The notes under the pieces: model-generated
What the model was told of the DNA's origin: nothing
Database searches by the model: none
Seen by the model: the letters and a program-made list of their open reading frames with translations, nothing else
Shown here: positions 1 to 8,241 of the stretch, piece by piece
How positions within the stretch are numbered: the stretch's first letter is position 1
How the letters are laid out: the number at the start of each line of letters is the position of its first letter
Program-made: the position numbers and the translations under genes
NCBI GenBank assembly: GCA_038209195.1
Contig: JBBQXY010000002.1
Coordinates: 9,606 to 73,605, forward strand
Source of the DNA: Ktedonobacterales bacterium
Lineage (GTDB): Bacteria; Chloroflexota; Ktedonobacteria; Ktedonobacterales; Ktedonobacteraceae
Length of the DNA: 64,000 nt
Reading direction: 5' to 3'

Positions 1-2
1 CG

Positions 3-1013
3 GTCAATCCATGGGCAGCACTAGAACCGATCAATATTCGCGGCGTGACGGTCTCGCGTGCCAGTTTGCACAACGAAGGAGATATCCAACGCAAAGACCT
101 GCGAATTGGCGACTGGGTGCTCGTGCAACGAGCCGGTGAGGTTATTCCTCAGGTGGTCAAGCCGATCATCGAGCGGCGAACTGGCACAGAAGAGGTCTAT
201 CACCTGCCTGAAAACTGTCCTTTGTGCAATACTCCCATCATCCGTATAGCAGACCAAGCCATGGCCTACTGTCCAAATGAGGAGTGTCCAGCCCGCAATC
301 TTGAAGGCATCATCCATTTTGTCTCGCGCGGAGCCATGGACATCGATACTATCGGTGAAAAGATGTGCGAACAACTGGTGAGCGGAGGGTATGTCAAGAA
401 TGTAGCCGACTTCTACAGCTTGACACGCGACCAACTGCTCTCGCTAGAAGGGGTGAAAGACCGCAGCGCGGACAAGATGCTGGCAGCCATTGAAGCTAGC
501 AAGAAGCGTGCCTTCTGGCGGCTACTCTTCGGCCTTAATATCCGCTATATGGGCGAGAAAACGGCCCAAATTATTGCCAACGCCTTCGGCTCTATTGATA
601 AGCTATGTACTGCTAGTGAGGACGAGATTGTAAAAGTCCCTGGCATTGGCCCCATTATTGGGCATAGTGTCTACACCTGGCTGCAAAGTGAAAAGAATCG
701 CGCCTTGATTGAGCGATTGCGGCAAGCGGGTGTAAACATGGAAGCCGAACCACAGGTTGTACAAACAGGACCACTCGCAGATCAAACCTTCCTGCTCACT
801 GGTCGCCTCAATACCATGACCCGTCCCCTGGCTGAAGAGGCTATTGTGAAACTGGGCGGAACGATTGCCTCAGGAGTCAGCAAATCGCTGAGCCATTTAA
901 TTGTCGGTGAAGATGCTGGCTCAAAACTCGCGAAAGCGCAGAAAGCCGGAGTGCCTATTCACGATGAGCAATGGCTGGTTGATCTGCTAAGAGAACACGA
1001 GGTAAGGATTTAG
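3..1013 (+). CDS. ligA: NAD+-dependent DNA ligase LigA, C-terminal part (5' end outside window)
   Basis: The frame is open from the window edge. It shows the OB-fold (VSRASLHNEGDIQRKDLRIGDWVLVQRAGEVIPQV), a four-Cys zinc finger (CPLC...CPNEEC), a helix-hairpin-helix region (VPGIGPIIG) and a C-terminal BRCT (FLLTGRL...LIVGEDAGSKLAKAQKAGVPI). Confidence 0.95.
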   Translation, partial: VNPWAALEPINIRGVTVSRASLHNEGDIQRKDLRIGDWVLVQRAGEVIPQVVKPIIERRTGTEEVYHLPENCPLCNTPIIRIADQAMAYCPNEECPARNLEGIIHFVSRGAMDIDTIGEKMCEQLVSGGYVKNVADFYSLTRDQLLSLEGVKDRSADKMLAAIEASKKRAFWRLLFGLNIRYMGEKTAQIIANAFGSIDKLCTASEDEIVKVPGIGPIIGHSVYTWLQSEKNRALIERLRQAGVNMEAEPQVVQTGPLADQTFLLTGRLNTMTRPLAEEAIVKLGGTIASGVSKSLSHLIVGEDAGSKLAKAQKAGVPIHDEQWLVDLLREHEVRI

Positions 1014-1037
1014 CTGATCGGGTTATGTGGTGCTGTG

Positions 1038-2024
1038 CTATCGAATAATAGGATGTGCGAATTGGGCAAGGACGCCAAAGGCGACAATGAGGAGGCAGAT
1101 GGCAATAATAATCAAGGCCACGAGGATGGCATAGCGATAGCGACCACCTGCCTTAGGAACGTCTGGACTATAGTTGGTCGGTACTAAGTCATCGAGGTGA
1201 CGAAGGTCTTGCATCATGTCTCGCATAGACTTATACCGCTTTTGTGGATCACGACGGATGGCACGCATGACCACTGTAGCCAGGGCTGGTGAAAGGTTGG
1301 GGTTAAATTGTAGGATCGAGGGAGGGTCTTGCGAAACATGCTGGTTCATGATAGAAAAGATGTTCTCGCCCTCAAACGGCGTACGACCACAGAGCATCTC
1401 ATACAGTATCACACCGACAGCATAAATATCAGAGCCAGCCATACCACGTTCGCCCCGTAACTGCTCTGGTGCCATGTAATCTGGCGTCCCCACTGTGCTT
1501 GACAAACCACGCCAGGTCACGCGGCGCGCCCCCTCTAGCAATGCAATACCAAAATCTATAATTTTAATGTTGCCGTCCGGCAAAACCATGATGTTCTCAG
1601 GCTTGATATCGCGATGAAAGACGCCATGTTCATGACAGTAAGCTAGCGCATCACAAATCTGGAGAGTGATACGTATTGCCTCATCAACTGGAAGCAAATT
1701 GGGAGCGCGTTCTTCGAGTACCTCGCGGAGCGTACGCCCCTCAATGTATTCCACAACAAGGTACTCTTCGCGGCGTTCTTCACCAGCATTCAATACGCGT
1801 TGGACATGGGGATTGTTGAGGCGGGTACCGATCTCGGCTTCGCGTTTGTATCGTTCAAAGACAGCGACGTTGCCAATTAAATCGTCATTGGGGAACTTCA
1901 GGACAACGAGCTGCTGACTGAGGATATCTTGGGCAAGATAAACACGATTCATTCCTCCATGCCCAAGCATACGAATGATCTCGTAATGATCTATGCGCGC
2001 ACCTGGTATATATGTTGCCGTCAT
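1038..2024 (-). CDS. Hanks-type Ser/Thr protein kinase, C-terminally membrane-anchored
   Basis: Kinase motifs are present: LGHGGMNRVY, VLKFP, HRDIKPEN, DFG and TPDYMAPE. A single hydrophobic helix sits at the extreme C-terminus (YAILVALIIIAICLLIVAFGVLA). Confidence 0.9.
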   Translation of the reverse strand: MTATYIPGARIDHYEIIRMLGHGGMNRVYLAQDILSQQLVVLKFPNDDLIGNVAVFERYKREAEIGTRLNNPHVQRVLNAGEERREEYLVVEYIEGRTLREVLEERAPNLLPVDEAIRITLQICDALAYCHEHGVFHRDIKPENIMVLPDGNIKIIDFGIALLEGARRVTWRGLSSTVGTPDYMAPEQLRGERGMAGSDIYAVGVILYEMLCGRTPFEGENIFSIMNQHVSQDPPSILQFNPNLSPALATVVMRAIRRDPQKRYKSMRDMMQDLRHLDDLVPTNYSPDVPKAGGRYRYAILVALIIIAICLLIVAFGVLAQFAHPIIR

Positions 2025-2175
2025 ATGCTCTATGTTCTTCCATGTCGAGACAACGCTCTGCCATGCCCCTAGTATAGCATACCAGCGGCATAAACACCAT
2101 GGACGAAATAGCTCAGTTTTTCATCCTTGCAGGGCTTGTATTCCCACTTTAGCGCTCTGTCTCTTTTCTCGTGAC

Positions 2176-2559
2176 CTACCGTTCGACGGAATGACCTGCC
2201 TTTTCCAGAACCTGTAAGGCCTTTTCCACATTCTCCTCCTTGATCAGTAAATAATCAGTCTCATACGTAGCAATCGCCAGGACGCTAATATCCGCCTCTG
2301 CCAGTGGTACAGCGAGTGAGGCATGGACACCTGATACGGAAAAATCGAAGGCTCCGTGTACCTGTACACAACACCAACCTCTATCAGCTTCTATGTCACC
2401 TGGTACGTTGTTCTGCTGGCAAACGATAGAGAGTTCCTCGTGTGTACGTGTTAGCGAGACAAAGTCGCCCATCAGAGCCCAGTAGGGAATGTGTTTATCA
2501 GGATGGAAATGACAAACAGCATACTTATGTGAGAACAATGATAAGCGTAATTTTTTCAT
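2176..2559 (-). CDS. small ACT-domain-like ligand-binding protein (tentative)
   Basis: This 127-aa ORF fills the gap between phosphatase and kinase on the same strand. The sequence pattern resembles small ACT/CASTOR-type proteins. The family call is from memory only. Confidence 0.5.
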   Translation of the reverse strand: MKKLRLSLFSHKYAVCHFHPDKHIPYWALMGDFVSLTRTHEELSIVCQQNNVPGDIEADRGWCCVQVHGAFDFSVSGVHASLAVPLAEADISVLAIATYETDYLLIKEENVEKALQVLEKAGHSVER

Positions 2560-2587
2560 GAGTTTTGATGGCTCCTTTGCACAACGT

Positions 2588-3415
2588 TTATATTACGTAT
2601 GTAGGGGCAGTTGATACTGCGTGAACTTGTAATTGATGCACGAACCCAGAGCCACCGAGATACATACCGCCATCAACATTGACGCACTGTCCACCTGCAT
2701 AGATCCAAGGACTATCTACCTTTGCGGGCTGGTAGCGGAGTACAGAACTGATGGGGGTATGACCGTGTATCAGTTGTCGTCCGCCGAAAATGCGCAGAAA
2801 GCGGCGGGCGAAGTCTTCGCCAGTGTCCGTATGCATGAACGCTCCGCGTCGGGCAAAATCTTCCAACATTTCTTCCCAAGCTAATGCATCGCTCCGACTT
2901 AACAATTTATTGAAAGTAGCATTCACCTCGTCTATGCTGCGTCCACAGGTGATATAGAAGGGGGCGTCTGCATGCATCAAGAGGTAATCATCTACCAGCG
3001 CCATGGCGGGCAGATGAGCCATCCAATCGAGGTGGCGTAGCGTCAAAGCAGCGATATCCTTGCGGTTGCCACCGTTTTGTTTCCAACGGGTCAGAAAATT
3101 GCTCCCCAATCCTGTGGAACGCCTACCGAAACGATAAGCCGCGAGCAACATCATCTCATGGTTGCCCAGCAACGACGCAACAGTGCCACCAACGGCAGCG
3201 GCTTCGGCTTGCAAGCGCATCACCAGGTCCAGCACAGCAATGCCGTCAGGTCCACGATCGACAATATCGCCCATAAACCAGAGAGCTGCGATGTCTCCCT
3301 TCCAGGTATACTCGCCATCTATCAATTGCGCATCCTGCAGGAGCTTGACAAGTTTTTTCGGGTGTCCGTGGACATCACCAATAATAAAGATAGGTTGTGA
3401 GGATGGCGTCTGCAT
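2588..3415 (-). CDS. PPP-family metallophosphoesterase (Ser/Thr phosphatase, PrpE/ApaH-like)
   Basis: All four metallophosphoesterase motifs are present: GDVHGH, GDIVDRGPD, GNHE and HGH. Confidence 0.85.
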   Translation of the reverse strand: MQTPSSQPIFIIGDVHGHPKKLVKLLQDAQLIDGEYTWKGDIAALWFMGDIVDRGPDGIAVLDLVMRLQAEAAAVGGTVASLLGNHEMMLLAAYRFGRRSTGLGSNFLTRWKQNGGNRKDIAALTLRHLDWMAHLPAMALVDDYLLMHADAPFYITCGRSIDEVNATFNKLLSRSDALAWEEMLEDFARRGAFMHTDTGEDFARRFLRIFGGRQLIHGHTPISSVLRYQPAKVDSPWIYAGGQCVNVDGGMYLGGSGFVHQLQVHAVSTAPTYVI

Positions 3416-3471
3416 CGGTAATCTCTTTTTCTCTTGGTATAGCGCAACGCAGCCTCGTTCTGGCTACGATC

Positions 3472-4461
3472 TTAATGGCCGACATTATGGGCAAACTGCA
3501 CAAGGAAACCTAGCACGATAATCAGCAATAAAATGACGATAATGATGAGGGTAGCCATGATTGCGGTTCGACCAGACTGGTTGAGGCGTGGTGCTTCTGG
3601 CTCATAATGCACAGGCTTGACCTCTTCCAGGTTGCGCAAATCATGCAGGAAATCGCTCATCGATTGGTAACGCTTATCCTTGTCACGACGAATGGCTCGC
3701 ATCACGACGGTTGCCAGCGCCGACGAGAGCTGCGGATTCGCGAGAAGCAACGATGGTGGGTCCTGCGAAACATGCTGGTTCATAATGGCAAAGATATTCT
3801 CGCCTTCAAACGGCGTATGACCACAGAGCATTTCGTACAGCATCACACCGACAGCGTACAAGTCGGAGCTAGCCGCACCACGCTCGCCCTTAAGCTGTTC
3901 CGGGGACATATAATCGGGCGTACCCATTGTCCCGGAAAGGCCGCGCCAGGTCACGCGCCGCGCTCCTTCGAGCAGAGCGATACCAAAATCTATGATTTTG
4001 ATGTTGCCATCTTCCTGTAACATGATGTTCTCAGGCTTAATATCACGATGAAAGATGCCTTGTTCATGGCAGTACACCAGGGCCTCACAAATTTGTAACG
4101 TGATGCGGATCGCTTCAGCAACTGGCAATGGATTCGGGGCAAGCTCCTCGATCACCGCACGCAGGGTTTGCCCATTGATATACTCCACCACCAAATACTC
4201 TTCCGAGTGCTTTTCATCGTGATTGAGTAAGCGTTGCACATGCGGATGATGGAGGCGATTGCCGATCTCAGCCTCGCGCTTATAGCGTTCAAAAACAGCA
4301 ATATTCCCAATTAAATCATGATTGGGAAATTTGAGTACAACCTCTTGCTGATTGAGCACATCTTGCACAAGGTAGACGCGATTCATACCCCCCTGTCCGA
4401 GCATACGAATGATCTTATAGTGATCGATGTGCGCACCTGCTGTATAAATTGTTGTTGCCAT
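3472..4461 (-). CDS. Hanks-type Ser/Thr protein kinase, paralogue of 1038..2024, C-terminally anchored
   Basis: It carries the same motif set (LGQGGMNRVY, HRDIKPEN, DFG, TPDYMSPE) and a C-terminal TM helix. I placed the start at ATG 4461, which has AGGAAAC just upstream. This gives a protein colinear with the paralogue. The ORF track extends to 4488. Confidence 0.9.
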   Translation of the reverse strand: MATTIYTAGAHIDHYKIIRMLGQGGMNRVYLVQDVLNQQEVVLKFPNHDLIGNIAVFERYKREAEIGNRLHHPHVQRLLNHDEKHSEEYLVVEYINGQTLRAVIEELAPNPLPVAEAIRITLQICEALVYCHEQGIFHRDIKPENIMLQEDGNIKIIDFGIALLEGARRVTWRGLSGTMGTPDYMSPEQLKGERGAASSDLYAVGVMLYEMLCGHTPFEGENIFAIMNQHVSQDPPSLLLANPQLSSALATVVMRAIRRDKDKRYQSMSDFLHDLRNLEEVKPVHYEPEAPRLNQSGRTAIMATLIIIVILLLIIVLGFLVQFAHNVGH

Positions 4462-4634
4462 GTTTCCTGAATGCTCTTCCCTGCCCAAACCAACATATGC
4501 ATACGAGAGGCACAGCCACGAGGATCAAGATAGACATCTATCTCTAGTGTATATAGTGATCACTCTGACTGTGCCAAAGACTTACCGACTATGGGTACAA
4601 TGAGGAGGTACTCATAGCTACGTGATCACCTACC

Positions 4635-6197
4635 TCAGGCGGTCTCACTAACAGGGACTTCTTCTTCACCTTTCAGTGTAGTTTTATAGTCCTCCCCGTG
4701 TAAAATGGGTGTACCTTTCACCATCTTGCGACTATAAAGGAAGGCGAAGCCAACAACCAACCATGCTATACTGAAAACGCCAGCAATGATCGTATCAACC
4801 TGTGTCGAGCCACCGCCAGTTATGGCGAAGTAGATGACGCCGATAAGCATAGCGATATTGAGCACAGCCCCTAAGACAGGAGCAATGATAGTGTTGTAGA
4901 GGCTACGCTTTTGGACTCCGGCGAAGGCAACAATGCAGATAATACAGGTCATACCATACAATAGGAAGGTGCCGATATTAGAGACAAGGGTCACCTGCGT
5001 CAGCTTGTCGACACTCAGTACACCATATGAACCAATGATGGCAGACAAGACCGTCAATATGATCACGCCCACATGTGGTGTGCGGAACTTCCCATGCAAG
5101 AAACCAAAGACAGAAGGGAGTTCGGAATCTTTACCCATAGCATAGGTAACGCGCACTCCCGTGTTTAGGCAGGAGAGAGCTGTACCGATCAGTGCGATAA
5201 CAACAGTAACCGCTATGATCGTCGCAAAGGCAGTACCATTGCCGCCAAGCATCTGATTCCCTATGATCTGCGCCATGTCGCCGATTGGTGCACCTGAACT
5301 AAAAGCCGCTGCGAAGCCAGTTCCCGCGGCGTTCTTGTACCCATCGTTGATAAAGAAGTTAGCTGCAAAGTACTCAAGGAAGTAGAAGATGACTGCTTGA
5401 ATGACCAGCGAGAGCAGAACACCGCGTGGAATATCCCGACCTGGATTCTTGGCCTCTGCAGCCAGTGCGGTTGCCGACTCGAAACCGACCACGAGTAGGA
5501 TCGCGATAGTGGTCTGGAAGATGAGGCCACTGAAATCATGCGGTGTGATAACGCTTAAAGCACTGGGATGGAGATAGTGAACTCCAGGATGCGAAATGCG
5601 GTAAGCGATAGCGAGGGCAGAGAAGGTCACAAGAGCAACTATCTGAATAACATTGATGATGATGTTAGCAAGAGTAGAACCCGTGACGCCTACGTAAGCG
5701 ATAGCACCGACGATGCAGGAAAACACTACGCAGACCAGCACCTGTTCCACCGGTGTACCAAAGCTCGGTATAAAGGTTTGGATAATGTAGGTAATCAGTA
5801 GACCCATGAAGGCCACCATTACCCCTGGATAAACCCAATAGTATAAGTGCGAGGCCCAACCTACAATGAACTTACTCAGACGGGCAAACTTAAAATGACG
5901 ATGCTCCTCCCGCTGCAAGACGGCGGCTTCCGCAAAGAAATAGGAACTGCCGGCACCTGCTTCGGGGTAGCGTTTGGCAAGAGCGGCATATGCCGTTGCG
6001 GTAAAGAGCGCGATAGCGGTCGCAACAAATACTGCGAACCACATGTTCAGTGCTGAGCCTGGTGCTGCTTGCAACTGATACGTTGTCCAGAGGAAGGCCC
6101 CGGGCGCGATCAATGCCATCGCGTTGATCGTGACTCCCGTCAGGCCAAGGGTGGGTTTCATCTCTGTAGATGAACTATCCGGAGTTTGAGTTGCCAT
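4635..6197 (-). CDS. APC-superfamily amino acid/polyamine permease
   Basis: It is a roughly 520-aa polytopic membrane protein with 12 or more hydrophobic segments. I placed the start at ATG 6197, preceded by AAGGGAG. The ORF track extends to 6242. Confidence 0.8.
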   Translation of the reverse strand: MATQTPDSSSTEMKPTLGLTGVTINAMALIAPGAFLWTTYQLQAAPGSALNMWFAVFVATAIALFTATAYAALAKRYPEAGAGSSYFFAEAAVLQREEHRHFKFARLSKFIVGWASHLYYWVYPGVMVAFMGLLITYIIQTFIPSFGTPVEQVLVCVVFSCIVGAIAYVGVTGSTLANIIINVIQIVALVTFSALAIAYRISHPGVHYLHPSALSVITPHDFSGLIFQTTIAILLVVGFESATALAAEAKNPGRDIPRGVLLSLVIQAVIFYFLEYFAANFFINDGYKNAAGTGFAAAFSSGAPIGDMAQIIGNQMLGGNGTAFATIIAVTVVIALIGTALSCLNTGVRVTYAMGKDSELPSVFGFLHGKFRTPHVGVIILTVLSAIIGSYGVLSVDKLTQVTLVSNIGTFLLYGMTCIICIVAFAGVQKRSLYNTIIAPVLGAVLNIAMLIGVIYFAITGGGSTQVDTIIAGVFSIAWLVVGFAFLYSRKMVKGTPILHGEDYKTTLKGEEEVPVSETA

Positions 6198-6578
6198 GGT
6201 TACTCCCTTTTCATGTGTATCTTCCAATATTTCGATACCCATGGCCCCGTCACCATGTATTTAGCTTTCATCGCAGAATAAATAAAAGCAGAGGTGCAAT
6301 CACTGCATTACTCATGACTTTTTCCTGCTTAAAGTATAGAAGTGCTTGCCCATGGATACTACGGACAAAGTATAAGAAGTGAGCAATAGATATTTTGTGC
6401 ATCATGCATAATACGCATGTAGACTCTATAAAAATATATGCTCAGCCATGGCGGATAATGCACTTGTATCTGCCATTATTAAGGAGTGAGCATAGTTTTT
6501 ATGCAAGTTGCATAGCTGAGCAGGAGCATCAGCTAGCTGCCCTCAATCGTCATAATTCGGAAAGGAGAAAAATAACGT

Positions 6579-6652
6579 GCGGCAGTAGCGAAAGATGAGC
6601 AGCCAGGACAACCGTGCGGTTGTCCTGGCTGCTCATCTTTAGCTACTGCCGC
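6579..6652 (-). terminator. 35-bp stem hairpin (one G.A mismatch, GTGC loop) directly after glyA stop
   Basis: The left arm is gcggcagtagcgaaagatgagcagccaggacaacc and the right arm is ggttgtcctggctgctcatctttagctactgccgc. Confidence 0.6.
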
Positions 6653-6660
6653 AACGAATA

Positions 6661-7953
6661 TTACACGTATTTCATTTCAATATAGCGACCACGCATGGCA
6701 TTGACGTGGGCTTTCACGTTTTGGCCGTGAATGGCGTCGTGGATCAACTGGGCCAGCTCGCCCATTGCCGCTTCGTCCATGCCGAAGCGCGTCATTTCGG
6801 GAACGCCAATACGTAAGCCGGAGGGGTTGCGCGGGTCACTGTCGCCCGGCACCATATTGTAGTTGACGATGATATCATTGGCCTCTAAGCGTTTAGCCAC
6901 CTCGACCCCACCACCGGCCTGTGCGACATTGACGGCGATCATGTGGCTCTGTGTATAGCCAAAATCGCGTGCCTCTACAGGAGTGCCTAGCATGTCGAGG
7001 CTGCGACCAAGTGCCTGCGCGTTGCGCACTATTTGCGCCGTGTACGCCTGTCCATACTGCTTCATCTCGCGAGTCGCTACAACGAGGGCTGGCAACGTAT
7101 TCAAGTGATGGTTGCTCGACGAGCCAGGGAAGACACCGCGATCCGCGGCAGGCCAGTATTTCTTCTCGCCCTCGGCATCCAAGTTGCCCAGGATAACGCC
7201 GCGCTGTGGGCCAGGGAAGGTCTTGTGCGTACTGCCCGTCATCCAGGTTGCCCCTTCTTGTAAAGGTGATTGAAATTGACCACCGGCGACTAACCCTAAC
7301 ACATGTGCTCCATCGTAGAGCAAGGGAATATCCTTTGTTTTGCAGAAGGCAGCTACTTCCGCGACAGGCTCAGGAAAGAGGAACAGGCTTTTCCCCATCA
7401 CAACCAGTTGCGGCGACACCTTGTCGATGAGTTCAATCGTTTTCTGGGCATCAACATGGTAGTGATCGACGGTCAGAGGTAAATAATGGAGGTGAACCGA
7501 GTTTTCTCCGCCCAGCTTTAAGGATTGGCCACGACTCTGGATGCGGCGACCAAATACTCCTACTGGCCCATGGCTGATATGCCCACCGGCGTCAGTAGAA
7601 TTCGCCACAATGGTATCGCCTCCGCGCAAGAGCCCTAAAGCGATGGCAGTGTTGGCAGCATTTCCACTAATGGGGCGTACATCGGCTTGCCGGGCATGAA
7701 AGAGCTCTATGATTTCGTCATGGGCCATGCGCTCAATCTCGTCGATGTAACGCGTCCCCTGGTAGTAGCGATTGACGTGATCGCCTTCATTGGGATGCCC
7801 CTCGGCATAACGGCCCATAAAATCCGAGTTTTGTACACGGCGTACCGCCGCACTAGGCGTATTTTCACTGGCAATCAGATTAATGGTCTGCGTCTGCCGC
7901 CAGGTATTCTGTTGTGCTATGATATCTTCAATATCGCGAATATCTACAGTCAT
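6661..7953 (-). CDS. glyA: serine hydroxymethyltransferase, archaeal-type sequence
   Basis: Diagnostic segments include [20 protein letters not shown]...[53 protein letters not shown] (PLP Lys) and [17 protein letters not shown]. I chose the start at ATG 7953 (MTVDIRD). The ORF track extends to 8028. Confidence 0.9.
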   Translation of the reverse strand: [430 protein letters not shown]

Positions 7954-8048
7954 GGTACTGCTCTCTTTCACATGCGGTGGTAATGAACTTTTCTGTATCT
8001 CAGTATAGCAGCAGAGAGCGGTCATCACAAGAGAGAATCGAGAGTATG

Positions 8049-8077
8049 TTGAACAAATTGCCCATTGCTGCTATACT
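8049..8077 (+). promoter_or_regulatory. sigma-70-like promoter candidate upstream of EF-G paralogue
   Basis: TTGAAC (8049-8054), a 17-nt spacer, then TATACT (8072-8077). Confidence 0.4.
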
Positions 8078-8241
8078 ACCTCTTACCGAACTGGATCAGC
8101 GTATTGTACAATCTTTTTTCCTGGACGAACCAGCTATTGGTACGGGAGCATAGGTGGACTACGGCAGTTACCACAGTGCATACTGTAATTTCGACAGGTA
8201 GACCACCTCTTGCATAGAAACTCAGGAGGATAACAGGTTCT

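Noticed and set aside
6395-6598. 67-aa ORF in the AT-rich spacer between the permease and glyA
   Set aside because: It has no RBS and an implausible composition, and its 3' end runs into the arm of the 35-bp hairpin.
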